Source of the DNA: an uncultured Gemmatimonadota bacterium
GTDB lineage: Bacteria > JAAXHH01
Length of the DNA stretch: 64,000 nucleotides
NCBI GenBank assembly: GCA_951812955.1
Contig: OX638340.1
Coordinates: 320,001-384,000, forward strand
Reading direction: 5' to 3'
Within the stretch, counting starts at the first letter, position 1. Each line of letters starts with the position of its first letter. The notes under the pieces are model-generated. The model had not been told where the DNA came from, did no database searches, and saw only the letters and a program-made list of their open reading frames with translations. A program made the translations under genes and the position numbers. This document shows positions 19,365 through 28,892 of this stretch, one piece after another.

Positions 19365-20501
19365 GTGAATTGTGTTGACACCTCTCCAAACGCCCGGTAT
19401 CGTTTTTCCATGCTCATATTTGACGGCGACTATCCCATGGCGTATGGGGGCGTCGAACTCAACCGGGATCTTACGCTTTCGCTGGCTAAAGTACGCGCTG
19501 CTGACGATAACCCGGGCAACATCGCTTTCGCCTGCCTGCCAGAGATGCGCCGCGGCCGGGTAGCGGCCGCCCTGATGAAATTCACGGTGCGGCGCAAACG
19601 CGAGCACAGTATATTGCCCGGTCTCCGGGGTACCGCGGCGGTCCACGGCGCCGCCCGAGGCCAACTGGCATACTACCACGTCCTCGAGGAAGAGGGTGAA
19701 GGTGTCGTACTCACTGACGGGGAGTCTCTTGCAAAGCACATAGACTCATGGGACAAGGCGGACGTCACCGAAGGACTGCCTGTGGGGTTTGTCCTCGGCA
19801 TGGAAGGCGCCGATCCCATCCTCTCGCCCGGCCAGGTGCATGAATGGTTCGAGATGGGTGTCCGCGTGGTGAGCCTGACCCATTACGGCCCGAGCACTTA
19901 CGCCCACGGCACGGGTTCCGAGGGCGGCCTGCTTCCTCCCGCAAAAGACCTGCTGAGAGAGATGAGTGCCTGCGGCATGTTGCTCGATCTCACCCACATA
20001 TCGGACGAGAGTTTTTTTGAAGCGGTGGATTTGTATGACGGTCCGGTCCTGGCCAGTCACCAGAACTGCCGCGCTGTCGTCCCCGGCCAGCGCCAGTTCT
20101 CCGACGAACAACTCCGGATCGTCATTGAACGGGACGGCGTCATCGGCGCGTCCATGGACACCTGGATGCTCTGTCCGTGGTATACCCTCGACTGGTCGAA
20201 CACCGGGGGATACAACCGCCGGGACTATTACCGTCGCGAGGACATTACCCTTTCCCACGTGGCAGATCATATCGATCACGTGTGCCAGTTGGCCGGAACG
20301 GCCGATCATGCGGCGATCGGTGGCGACACCGACGGACAGGGCGGTATCGAAGGCGCGCCGTCCGAAGTCGATTCCATCGCTGATTACCAGTTGGTGGTCC
20401 CCATCCTCGAAGGGCGTGGATATGCCAGGGATGACATCGAGAAGATCATGTACGGAAACTGGGTTCGATTTTATACGGAACACCTGCCGAAGAACGACTG
20501 A
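19365..20501 (+). CDS. membrane dipeptidase (peptidase M19, renal dipeptidase family)
   Basis: M19 motifs VDLTHISD, ASHQNCRAV, VIGASMD. The N-terminal region is divergent (IFDGDYP instead of DGHND). The ORF-track start is GTG at 19365 with AAGGAA upstream. Alternative ATG at 19410 (MLIFDGDY). Confidence 0.78.
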   Translation: MNCVDTSPNARYRFSMLIFDGDYPMAYGGVELNRDLTLSLAKVRAADDNPGNIAFACLPEMRRGRVAAALMKFTVRRKREHSILPGLRGTAAVHGAARGQLAYYHVLEEEGEGVVLTDGESLAKHIDSWDKADVTEGLPVGFVLGMEGADPILSPGQVHEWFEMGVRVVSLTHYGPSTYAHGTGSEGGLLPPAKDLLREMSACGMLLDLTHISDESFFEAVDLYDGPVLASHQNCRAVVPGQRQFSDEQLRIVIERDGVIGASMDTWMLCPWYTLDWSNTGGYNRRDYYRREDITLSHVADHIDHVCQLAGTADHAAIGGDTDGQGGIEGAPSEVDSIADYQLVVPILEGRGYARDDIEKIMYGNWVRFYTEHLPKND

Positions 20502-20548
20502 TGGACACCTGCAACGGAACAGCAAACGGAACTCTCCGAGGTTTCATC

Positions 20549-22261
20549 ATGCAATGCCTGAATCGTACATGCCTGAATCGTACACGCTACGCCCTGATTG
20601 TCCTGCCCCTCCTTTTCTTTAGTGGATGCGGCGGCGAAGACAACATCCCGCAGTCCGGCAACCAGACATGGGTTAATTCCATCGGCCGCCAGCTTCCGGT
20701 GGACGCGGCCCCGCCGGACCGGCAGCAGTTCCGGTACATGTTCCGCGAACCTTCCACGCTGGATATAAGCGTGGCGGCTTACGAGGCCGATGGCACGTAC
20801 TTCGCCTTCGAACGCCTGGTGCTGCTGGACGAGAACAACGAACTGGTGCCCGCGGCGGCGGACCGGTGGGAAGCATCGGACGATGGACGTACGTGGACCT
20901 TCCACCTCCGTGAAGGGGCTCGGTGGAGCGACGGCAGGGCGGTCACGGCCCACGATTTCGAGTACTCTTTCCGACGCATGCTGGATCCGGCCAGCGGGAA
21001 CATCTACGCCTTCCTCTATTACGTGATCAAGAACGGCCGGGCCTTCAACCAGGGTGATCTGACCGACGTGGAACAGGTAGGCATACGCGCGGTGGACGAA
21101 CTCACCTTTGAGATCGAGACCGAGGGCCCCTGTCCATACCTGCCTTATATCGTCTCCTTCATCACTTCTTCGCCCGTTCCGCGGTGGCAGGTGGAGAAGT
21201 TCGGCGCAAAATGGACCGAACCGGAACACTGCGTGTCCAATTTCACCTACAGGCTGGCGGAATGGAATACGGGTTCCGACATGACGTTTGCGCTGGATCC
21301 GTACTACAACGGCCCGCACAAGGCGTATCTGGAGGAAATCATCGTCAAGTTCGTCGGGGCCCAGCGGCCGGGAACCCTGCCCTATGAGAATGGTGAGATC
21401 GACGCCTATCGCCTGGATCCCATCGACTACGAACGGGTGCGCAGGGACGAACGACTCGTGCGTGAAGTCCACAGGATGTCCGAGTTCACCACCTGGTATC
21501 TATTCTTTCAGACCCGGCAACCTCCCTTCGACGATGCGCGCGTGAGGCGGGCTATTGCCCATGCCATCGACCGGCAGTCTCTAAGCAGCACGGTGCTGAA
21601 TGATCTGGCCATACCCGCGTACTCCATGTTGCCTCCCGGTTTTCCGGGGTATTCGGCGGAACAATTCAGGGCGTCCCAGACCTACGATCCGCAGGAGGCG
21701 AAGCGGTTGATGGCGGAAGCCGGCTATCCGGACGGAAGGGGTTTCCCCCGTACGGAATTCTGGTTGCGGGTGGCCGATACGAGCATCAATCGTATCGCCG
21801 GAGAAGCGGTACAGGCCATGCTCATGGAGACGCTGGGTATCGAACTGGAAATCAAGTACCAGCAACGCAAGTTGTTCAACGACAACATGTTTCAGTGGCA
21901 GATCCCCATGGGCATGCTTGTATTCGTCTACGATTACCCGGATCCGTCCAACATGCTCGGTCTCCTCTGGCGATCCCAGCCCAGGGGATATGCCCGCCAC
22001 GACTGGCTGCACGCGGAATTCGACGACCTGCTCGACCGGGCCAATACCCATATGGCCCCCGAGGTCCGCTACGACCTGTACGCGCGGGCAGAACGCATCC
22101 TGGCGGAGGAGGCGGGTGCCGTGTTTTTATTCCATCCGGTGATCACCGAGCTTAGAAAACCCTATCTCCGGGGTGTAAAACAGGACCGGGACGGCCGCGT
22201 GGTGCCGATTATTTCCATTCAGACCGTCAATTTCACGGAGATGTACATCGCCCGCGATTGA
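20549..22261 (+). CDS. ABC transporter substrate-binding lipoprotein, family 5 (peptide/nickel, OppA/DppA-like)
   Basis: Lipoprotein signal (basic n-region, ALIVLPLLFF, lipobox FSGC), about 570 aa of family-5 SBP-like sequence. Start is moved to 20549 (GAGG 9 nt upstream), because a 20501 start would give a 30-aa n-region. No cognate permease or ATPase genes adjacent. Confidence 0.82.
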   Translation: MQCLNRTCLNRTRYALIVLPLLFFSGCGGEDNIPQSGNQTWVNSIGRQLPVDAAPPDRQQFRYMFREPSTLDISVAAYEADGTYFAFERLVLLDENNELVPAAADRWEASDDGRTWTFHLREGARWSDGRAVTAHDFEYSFRRMLDPASGNIYAFLYYVIKNGRAFNQGDLTDVEQVGIRAVDELTFEIETEGPCPYLPYIVSFITSSPVPRWQVEKFGAKWTEPEHCVSNFTYRLAEWNTGSDMTFALDPYYNGPHKAYLEEIIVKFVGAQRPGTLPYENGEIDAYRLDPIDYERVRRDERLVREVHRMSEFTTWYLFFQTRQPPFDDARVRRAIAHAIDRQSLSSTVLNDLAIPAYSMLPPGFPGYSAEQFRASQTYDPQEAKRLMAEAGYPDGRGFPRTEFWLRVADTSINRIAGEAVQAMLMETLGIELEIKYQQRKLFNDNMFQWQIPMGMLVFVYDYPDPSNMLGLLWRSQPRGYARHDWLHAEFDDLLDRANTHMAPEVRYDLYARAERILAEEAGAVFLFHPVITELRKPYLRGVKQDRDGRVVPIISIQTVNFTEMYIARD

Positions 22262-22355
22262 TTCGACGCCAGATGCATGGAATCAATCAACGTATTGCAT
22301 ATCGCCCGCGATTTATTCGCTTTGGCCATCCCCACCTTGACCATCCGATCTCCCC

Positions 22356-23612
22356 ATGGACAAGACCGACGTACTGATCATTGGGGGCGGCGCCGTAGGC
22401 GTCTGCGCCGCGTACTACCTGCGTGAGGCGGGATACGGGGTCACCCTCGTGGAACGCGGGAAGATCGGATCCGGCGCTTCCCACGGCAACATGGGACTCA
22501 TCGTACCCAGCCACAGCGTGCCGCTCGCAGCACCGGGCGTGCCGGTGCGGGGCCTGAAGTGGATGTTCAACCCGGACAGCCCCTTCTACATCAAGCCGCG
22601 GCTGGACCCGTCGCTGATCCGCTGGCTCTGGGAATTCTGGAAGGCCAGCAGCGAAGGCCGGATGCGCAGGGCCATTCCGCTGATCCGGGACATGAGCCTG
22701 CAAAGCCTTTCGCTATTCGATGAACTGGACGGTCTGGACGGCGTGGATTTCGACTATCACCAGCGGGGCGTCCTGGCCGTGTATCGAACGAAGGAAGGCC
22801 TGGCGGAAGGGGAAGAGGAACGGCAACTCCTCTCTTCGTACGGGCTCGAAATCGACGAGCTTACATCCGATGGGGTGGCAGAGGCGCTTCCGGGGTTGGA
22901 ACTGAATGCGCTGGGCGGCCTGCACTTCAGGCAGGATGCCCACTTGACGCCCGGAAAGTTCGTGCGTTCATTGGCGGATCATGCGGTGCGGCGCGGCGTG
23001 ATCGTGCGCACCGGGTCAGAAGTGACGGGGTTCACGAAAGATAAGGGGCGCATCGCGGCTGTTCATACGACGCAGGGGGACATCGCGGCGGGAGAGGTTG
23101 TGCTCACGGCGGGTTCCTGGTCGCCCGCCCTCGGAATAGTCGCCGGAATCTCGCTGCCGATCCAGCCAGCCAAGGGGTACAGCGTTACGATGCGCCGGCC
23201 TGCGGAGTGGCCGGAACTTCCCATTATGCTCGCGGAATCCCGAGTAGCCGTCACGCCCATGGGCGACACGCTGCGTATCGGAGGCACCCTGGAACTGGCT
23301 GGCATGGACCTTTCCATCAACCGCCGACGCGTAGCCGCGATTCTCCATGCCTTGCCCAGGTACCTGCCGTCTTTCGACATCGATGCCCTTGAGATCGTCG
23401 AAACCTGGTGCGGACTGCGTCCCTGCACGCCCGATGGCCTGCCCTTCCTGGGCCGGGCTCCCGGCGTTCCCAATCTGATCGTGGCCGCCGGCCATGCCAT
23501 GATCGGGGTGTCCCTGGGGCCGGTGACCGGTAAACTGGTGAGTCAGATTGTGGCCGAGGATCCGCCCGGTATCGATATCGATCTCCTCGCGGTAGACCGA
23601 TTCGCCCGCTGA
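22356..23612 (+). CDS. FAD-dependent oxidoreductase (D-amino acid dehydrogenase, DadA-like)
   Basis: N-terminal FAD fold VLIIGGGAVGVCAAYYLREAGYGVTLVE, about 418 aa, C-terminal G(H)AMIGVSLGP typical of DAO/DadA-family enzymes. Confidence 0.85.
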   Translation: MDKTDVLIIGGGAVGVCAAYYLREAGYGVTLVERGKIGSGASHGNMGLIVPSHSVPLAAPGVPVRGLKWMFNPDSPFYIKPRLDPSLIRWLWEFWKASSEGRMRRAIPLIRDMSLQSLSLFDELDGLDGVDFDYHQRGVLAVYRTKEGLAEGEEERQLLSSYGLEIDELTSDGVAEALPGLELNALGGLHFRQDAHLTPGKFVRSLADHAVRRGVIVRTGSEVTGFTKDKGRIAAVHTTQGDIAAGEVVLTAGSWSPALGIVAGISLPIQPAKGYSVTMRRPAEWPELPIMLAESRVAVTPMGDTLRIGGTLELAGMDLSINRRRVAAILHALPRYLPSFDIDALEIVETWCGLRPCTPDGLPFLGRAPGVPNLIVAAGHAMIGVSLGPVTGKLVSQIVAEDPPGIDIDLLAVDRFAR

Positions 23613-23618
23613 GTGAAT

Positions 23619-24962
23619 ATGCGCCCTGCGAAAGCTACAGCCACCACGACCGCCCATCCCTTCTCAAATAGACCCCACGCCACACTCATTCGGCTAACTT
23701 TTCCCGTTCTGCTCTCGCTGATCGCGGAACCGCTTACCGGCCTCGTGGACACCGCCTTCATCAAGCAACTCGGCGCGGAGTCCCTCGCCGCCCTCGGCGT
23801 CGGCGCCGTCGCGCTATCTGGCCTCTTCTGGGTCTTTAACTTTCTCGGTATCAGCACCCAGACGGAAGTGGCCCAGGCCGAGGGCGACAACGACAGGAAC
23901 CGGTCCGTTTCCATGAGCAGCCTGGCCCTCTGCATGAGCATGGCTTTCGGACTGCTGATCATCGTCTTCGGCGTTCCGCTTACGTCGTATCTCGCGACGC
24001 TACTGGGCGCTGCCGGCGCAATACACGACGGGGCCGTGGACTACATCTGGTGGCGGTGGTTCGGTGCGCCGGCCATCCTGATCACGCTGACGGCCAGCGG
24101 AGCCTTGCGGGGACTTCAGGATATGCGCTCGCCGCTCTGGATCGCCCTGGGCATCAACGGCATCAATATCGTGCTCGATCCCATGCTCATATTCGGTGCG
24201 GGACCTGTGCCCGCGCTGGGGATCACCGGAGCGGCAGTAGCCAGCGTCATCGCCTATTGGATCGGCGCCGCCTGGTCGCTCTGGATCATAAAACGCAAGC
24301 TTGGCTGGTCCCTGCCGGCTGATTTCAGCGCGGTTGGCCGACTGATGCGCACGGGCACCGATCTTTTCATACGCACCGGCGTACTGAACCTGTTTCTCCT
24401 CCTGACGACCCGCGAAGCCACGCACGGCGGCGCAGACGTCGGGGCCGCACACCAGGCGATCAGGCAGGTCTGGATGTTCGGCACGTTCGTACTGGACGCG
24501 CTGGCCGTCACGGGACAGAGCCTGGTCGGTTACTTTCTCGGCGGCGAACGGATCAGAAGCGCCAGGAAAGTGGCCCGAATCGTCTGCCTGTGGAGCGTAT
24601 GGTCCGGATGCCTGCTTGGGTTCGTTCTCTGGCTGGGAAGCGGGTTCGTGGTCGATCTGCTCGTGCCTCCCAGCGCCGCTCCCTATTTCCATTCGGCCTG
24701 GATCGTCGCCATCGCCGTACAACCGCTCAACGCCCTGGCCTTCGCCACCGATGGATTGCACTGGGGATCGGGGGACTACCGGTACCTGAGAAACGCGGTG
24801 ATCCTGGCGACCGGCGCCGGCGCGGCCGGACTGCTGGCCGGCCCCCACTCCCTGGACTGGATCTGGATAATGACGGCGGTCTGGATCAGCGTCCGCGCCA
24901 CGCTGGGGGTGATACGGATCTGGCCCGGGGTGGGGAACAGTCCGTTTCGGGTGGAGGACTAA
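23619..24962 (+). CDS. MATE family efflux transporter
   Basis: Twelve predicted TM segments with the 2x6 MATE layout and N-terminal FPVLLSLIAEPLTGLVDTAFI. The ATG at 23619 is used; the ORF-track GTG at 23613 abuts the dadA stop. Confidence 0.85.
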   Translation: MRPAKATATTTAHPFSNRPHATLIRLTFPVLLSLIAEPLTGLVDTAFIKQLGAESLAALGVGAVALSGLFWVFNFLGISTQTEVAQAEGDNDRNRSVSMSSLALCMSMAFGLLIIVFGVPLTSYLATLLGAAGAIHDGAVDYIWWRWFGAPAILITLTASGALRGLQDMRSPLWIALGINGINIVLDPMLIFGAGPVPALGITGAAVASVIAYWIGAAWSLWIIKRKLGWSLPADFSAVGRLMRTGTDLFIRTGVLNLFLLLTTREATHGGADVGAAHQAIRQVWMFGTFVLDALAVTGQSLVGYFLGGERIRSARKVARIVCLWSVWSGCLLGFVLWLGSGFVVDLLVPPSAAPYFHSAWIVAIAVQPLNALAFATDGLHWGSGDYRYLRNAVILATGAGAAGLLAGPHSLDWIWIMTAVWISVRATLGVIRIWPGVGNSPFRVED

Positions 24963-25361
24963 TTATGCCTGCCAAACTATTGATTGTACGACTTCGGCTA
25001 AGTCCTTGTCGAAGGTTTTAACGTCACTGACACCTCGACGTTGGCAACTCGCCAAGTGGCAGAGGTCTCTCGCTTTAAGTTTGGGATACTGAAAGTGAAG
25101 TTGGTGGGCAAGATACACGTCTCCACCCTCAAACGGCCAGACTACAATTCCCCGATCCGAAATGAATTCTACCGCTTCCCCGAAAGTTGGCAGTCGATTT
25201 GTGGCAAGGTACACATGCAACAGTTCCTGCAAAACTTCTGTGGAAGTACATAACTGATTGGGTTTGCGGACGGACGCACGAAAGAACTCCCGTGCTTGCT
25301 CTCTCCGTGGATGCTCCTTGCCGACCGCATACATGAAAACGTTGGTGTCGACAAAGATCAT
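24963..25361 (-). CDS. PIN-domain ribonuclease (VapC-like type II toxin)
   Basis: Canonical PIN acidic tetrad spacing: D5 (MIFVDTNVF), E43 (TSTEVLQE), D98 (ARDLCH), D116-118 (DKDL). 132 aa. GC about 50%, below the genome norm. Its start overlaps the upstream gene's stop (ATGA). Confidence 0.82.
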   Translation of the reverse strand: MIFVDTNVFMYAVGKEHPRREQAREFFRASVRKPNQLCTSTEVLQELLHVYLATNRLPTFGEAVEFISDRGIVVWPFEGGDVYLAHQLHFQYPKLKARDLCHLASCQRRGVSDVKTFDKDLAEVVQSIVWQA

Positions 25362-26344
25362 GTATTCGTGGTTCCGCTTCCTTTCGACTGCTTGATGACT
25401 TCAAGTTGCTCTTCCCAATCAGGTTCCGATTTGGGACCAGGGAGGTCGTCGCACTTGTCAAAAAAGGTATCCAGTTCAGCCAATTTCTCGATGGCTTCCT
25501 TCTCTGATAGAATGTAGTTCTTTCTTTGGGTATGGAGTTCCTTGAGCCATATCTCGAATTCGTCGTGGCGGTCCCGTCGTTTTCGGTCGAAAAACCCGTC
25601 AGTATTCCTTATCTCGTTAAAAAGGGTGTACGCTATGCCCGCGATACTCGCGAGATAGTAGTACTCCTGGCCTTCATAGATGGAAATCGGGTATTCTGTT
25701 CCTTTCATCGCGTACCGTTCAAAGTTTATGCCGATCGCAATATCGTGTCGTCTCTCGTCTTCGCTTGAGGCATTTCCGAATACTTCGGCCAACCAAGTGT
25801 TTTCCGGGTATGCACCCAATATGTCTTCTTCTTCGGATTGGTTCTCGTATGGGATGACGACGCAACGTTCGAATTCAAGGCTGTTTTTCCTAGCGTCTAT
25901 GAGCAACTTCTGGATGTTATGGCCATAGTTCCCTTTGAGATCAATCGGCAATATCCTCTCGTCCTTGAAGAGCATGTATGCCTTGAGACCCAACTCAACA
26001 CCGTGTAGGAAGTTATATACCGTCGATTGATGAGTTTCCGGAAATAACAGATCGAATGATTTCTTCCAGTCGCGAGATAGTTCATTGCGCGCTATCCGTA
26101 CGAACTCCTTTCCATGTTCGAAAAACTCCCTATGGCCGAACCACTGCTCACCGATGGGCGTATGAGTGAACTGGGATTCGTTCTTCTTGTCATTACGAAT
26201 ATGTAGATTAATGAGTTCACGGGCTTCATCCCGGTCCAACGATTTGCGTTTTCCGGTACCGTCTTGTTGATAGAATCGGCCTTCCGTGTCACGTACTACC
26301 GTTATGTTTGGTGATGTATTGAAATGGTACTGTTTTAGTTTCAT
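25358..26344 (-). CDS. hypothetical protein (328 aa, K/E-rich, low-GC) translationally coupled to the PIN nuclease
   Basis: Clean ORF with SD AAGGA 9 nt upstream of the ATG at 26344. GC is about 45% against about 62% in flanking genes. Stop overlaps the PIN start by 4 nt. No recognisable catalytic motif: no Fic, NTase, P-loop or HTH. Possible weak HEPN-like K-x4-H (KGNYGH). Confidence 0.7.
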   Translation of the reverse strand: MKLKQYHFNTSPNITVVRDTEGRFYQQDGTGKRKSLDRDEARELINLHIRNDKKNESQFTHTPIGEQWFGHREFFEHGKEFVRIARNELSRDWKKSFDLLFPETHQSTVYNFLHGVELGLKAYMLFKDERILPIDLKGNYGHNIQKLLIDARKNSLEFERCVVIPYENQSEEEDILGAYPENTWLAEVFGNASSEDERRHDIAIGINFERYAMKGTEYPISIYEGQEYYYLASIAGIAYTLFNEIRNTDGFFDRKRRDRHDEFEIWLKELHTQRKNYILSEKEAIEKLAELDTFFDKCDDLPGPKSEPDWEEQLEVIKQSKGSGTTNT

Positions 26345-26522
26345 TTGGCGATGTCCTTCTAAATGCTCTCCTTTGATGAATTGGCCGTACTATTGACTAT
26401 GCATTGAAATTCGCAGAATACAGGGTAGCCGTCAAACGGAATTTGATCATTACATTCTGGATTCATGATTACTGTTTGTGAGCGTGGACTGTACGCGTGA
26501 TTATGACATCTGAGTTCTCTGC

Positions 26523-26840
26523 TCAGTCGAACTGGTCCAGGAGTTCCTCGATAGGTTCTTTGCCAGGCCATGCGCCTGCAAGTTCAATAGGATCGAGATT
26601 TCGTGCGTGCTCCGCTTTGTCCGACAACAGATCATGCGGTTGTTGAGTTTCTACGGATGGTATTACCTCGAATGCGCCTTCCTTTACCAGTCGACGGCTG
26701 ATACGGCGAACTTCGATCAGTCTCGCCTGACCGTTGGGCCTGAAATGTACCATCCCTTCGACAGTGACCTGCTTACCCCATAGAAAACGCCGGGCCTCAA
26801 TTTTCAAAGGCTCGGCGCATATCCTTCCCGAAGCGAGCAA
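26523..26840 (-). CDS. hypothetical small protein (doubtful; 76-105 aa)
   Basis: The ORF-track ORF starts with TTG; the first ATG gives 76 aa (start 26753). Intermediate GC. It lies between the 583-aa gene and the low-GC PIN module. No motif and no SD. Could be a gene remnant. Confidence 0.3.
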   Translation of the reverse strand: MLASGRICAEPLKIEARRFLWGKQVTVEGMVHFRPNGQARLIEVRRISRRLVKEGAFEVIPSVETQQPHDLLSDKAEHARNLDPIELAGAWPGKEPIEELLDQFD

Positions 26841-26882
26841 GCGGGCAAGTTCGCTTGTAATGACCGCGCTTGAACCAGTGAT

Positions 26883-28634
26883 TCAGCTCCACGGAAACTC
26901 GAAGGTCGGCCGGTTCACGTACCGTTCCATGGCGATCTCTATCCGAACCCCAGAACCGGGCGCGAGCAGAAGTTTGAGATAGTCGCCGGTCACTTCCACG
27001 GTCCCCCCATTCCCTTCCGCTGCGTCGCGACCGACTGTAAACGATTTCAACGTGTGCTCCCGATAGGCGCCGCCCTGGATGACGACCTCCGAGGGCTCCA
27101 CGGGATTTACATTGACCAGGGTTACTGCCGATTCCGTATCGCCGACCGTATCCACAAGGGCCGCCACGTCCTGTGGAAGGCCTGGCCGGCGCTCCACGGG
27201 ATCGAAATACCGGAACATGCAGTGAACCGCCTGGGCGCGCTTCGGGGCGGGACCGCCCATGGTCTGCTGAAAGAGTGTGCCCGGAGTCGCCGGGTTGACG
27301 GCATTCGTGTTGTCTGACAGGCGCGTGTCCGGCGTCATGGTATCGTTGCGTATCCATTCCACTTTTTCGCGGACGGACGCCAGGTCGGCGTGCAACGCCT
27401 CCTCGGGGTAATTGGGGTTTTCGCCGCTCAGGTAACTCATCCACGCATCATCCGGGCAGCGCGCCCGGGCCTCCTCCGACATCGACCAGTACCAGGTCTC
27501 CATCGTGCCGACACGGTAGGGGTTCGGTGTGTAGTTGTACCATCCGTCGTCCCCGAACTTGTTCGGGTACTGCATCTGGCCGTCCACTACCCGTCCGTTT
27601 TCGTTGATGAGGTCGATCATCTCGCTCCACGGCGCCGCGTAGGAGCGGTCCCCGGTCAGCAGCAGCGCGTGACTGAAGCCCGACAGGCCCAGTTGGATCG
27701 TGTCGCGGTGCACGATCCGGCCGTCCTGGGGCGCGACGGTCGTGAATCCCCATCCATAACACCCGCCGTACCACTTGCCGTCGCAGGCGCCGCCGATGGT
27801 GCCGTCCAGTCCGATATTGGTGGGGATGATGCCGCCGTTCGCCCGGGTGCGTTCGACCCACGAGTCCACATATTCCAGGATCCATTCCCGGTATTTGTCC
27901 TCGCCCGTCAGCGCGTAGGCATTGAAGGCCAGTCCCGTCGCGAGCATGTTGGAGGGATGGTCGCCTATCACGTCGGTATAGTCTTTGAAATGGCCCAGCA
28001 TTTCCTCGAAGTTGCGCTCGCCGTGGGCCAGGACGAAGCGGCCCTCCTCGATGGGATCGCCCGCCCAGTCGATGGGCTCGGCCTTGCGCAGCATGGGGCC
28101 TCGGCTCCCGTTGAACAGGCTGCGGATGATCCGGTGTTCCGGGTCGTAGTTACGCGCCCCGGGATCCTCGTCCATGTAGAAACCGGACCACTGCCGCACC
28201 CGCCGCTCGAATTCCTCCGCGCCCGGGTCACAGAGACCGAGGTCGCCGAAGACCGACATGCTCTCGCCGTTGTGAAGCCAGTCGAACATGACGGGGAATT
28301 CCTTGTAGTACATCCCGTCCCGGCAGAAGGGCACGTCCACTGTCTTCGCCTCGGTGTACTGGAGGATGTGGCCGTCCTGCGCCTGGTTGCTCATGTCGAG
28401 CAGGTTCTCCGGACCGCCCATCATGTACAGAACAGGCCATCCGGTCAGGTTTTCGATGGCGTCGTCAGGACCGTCGTCGCCGCCCCAGCGGGGCACGCAG
28501 CGCATGTAACCCCGCTCGTCGAAGTAACGGTCGTAGAAGTATTCGCAGGCCCGCGCCTGGGCTTTAAGGGACTCCTTCTGCAGGAGGGCCCAGGATGGGG
28601 GTGGCATCGGTGTGGTGATGGTCAGGGTGGTCAT
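26883..28634 (-). CDS. hypothetical protein (583 aa, no recognised domain)
   Basis: Long ORF with genome-typical GC and codon bias, Trp/Gly/Asp-rich. No confident motif. Antisense ORFs 27054..27317 and 27390..28646 are rejected as shadows. Confidence 0.65.
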   Translation of the reverse strand: MTTLTITTPMPPPSWALLQKESLKAQARACEYFYDRYFDERGYMRCVPRWGGDDGPDDAIENLTGWPVLYMMGGPENLLDMSNQAQDGHILQYTEAKTVDVPFCRDGMYYKEFPVMFDWLHNGESMSVFGDLGLCDPGAEEFERRVRQWSGFYMDEDPGARNYDPEHRIIRSLFNGSRGPMLRKAEPIDWAGDPIEEGRFVLAHGERNFEEMLGHFKDYTDVIGDHPSNMLATGLAFNAYALTGEDKYREWILEYVDSWVERTRANGGIIPTNIGLDGTIGGACDGKWYGGCYGWGFTTVAPQDGRIVHRDTIQLGLSGFSHALLLTGDRSYAAPWSEMIDLINENGRVVDGQMQYPNKFGDDGWYNYTPNPYRVGTMETWYWSMSEEARARCPDDAWMSYLSGENPNYPEEALHADLASVREKVEWIRNDTMTPDTRLSDNTNAVNPATPGTLFQQTMGGPAPKRAQAVHCMFRYFDPVERRPGLPQDVAALVDTVGDTESAVTLVNVNPVEPSEVVIQGGAYREHTLKSFTVGRDAAEGNGGTVEVTGDYLKLLLAPGSGVRIEIAMERYVNRPTFEFPWS

Positions 28635-28892
28635 GGGACAGACTAATTCAGCTGCTAGGAAGTCTTTGATATTGGATCTTGCTAATGCTCAATTGCCGTG
28701 GTATTCAGGACTGCGTCTGTATGACTTAGTCTCATATAGACTATACAAAAAGTCAAGTATTGAAGGAGTTTCCTTATCGCCAACTTCGTTCAGGAAAGCA
28801 TACCTTCACGACTAAGCGGACTAACATAGAAGCCGGCGGTGATGCGATGCGTGAGCATTTGATATTGCGACGGAGGTCATGGAGGGCATTGC

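Noticed and set aside
26344-26522. Sigma70-type promoter for the 328-aa/PIN operon
   Set aside because: TTGACG is present on the minus strand, but no acceptable -10 lies at 16-18 bp. It cannot be called from sequence alone.
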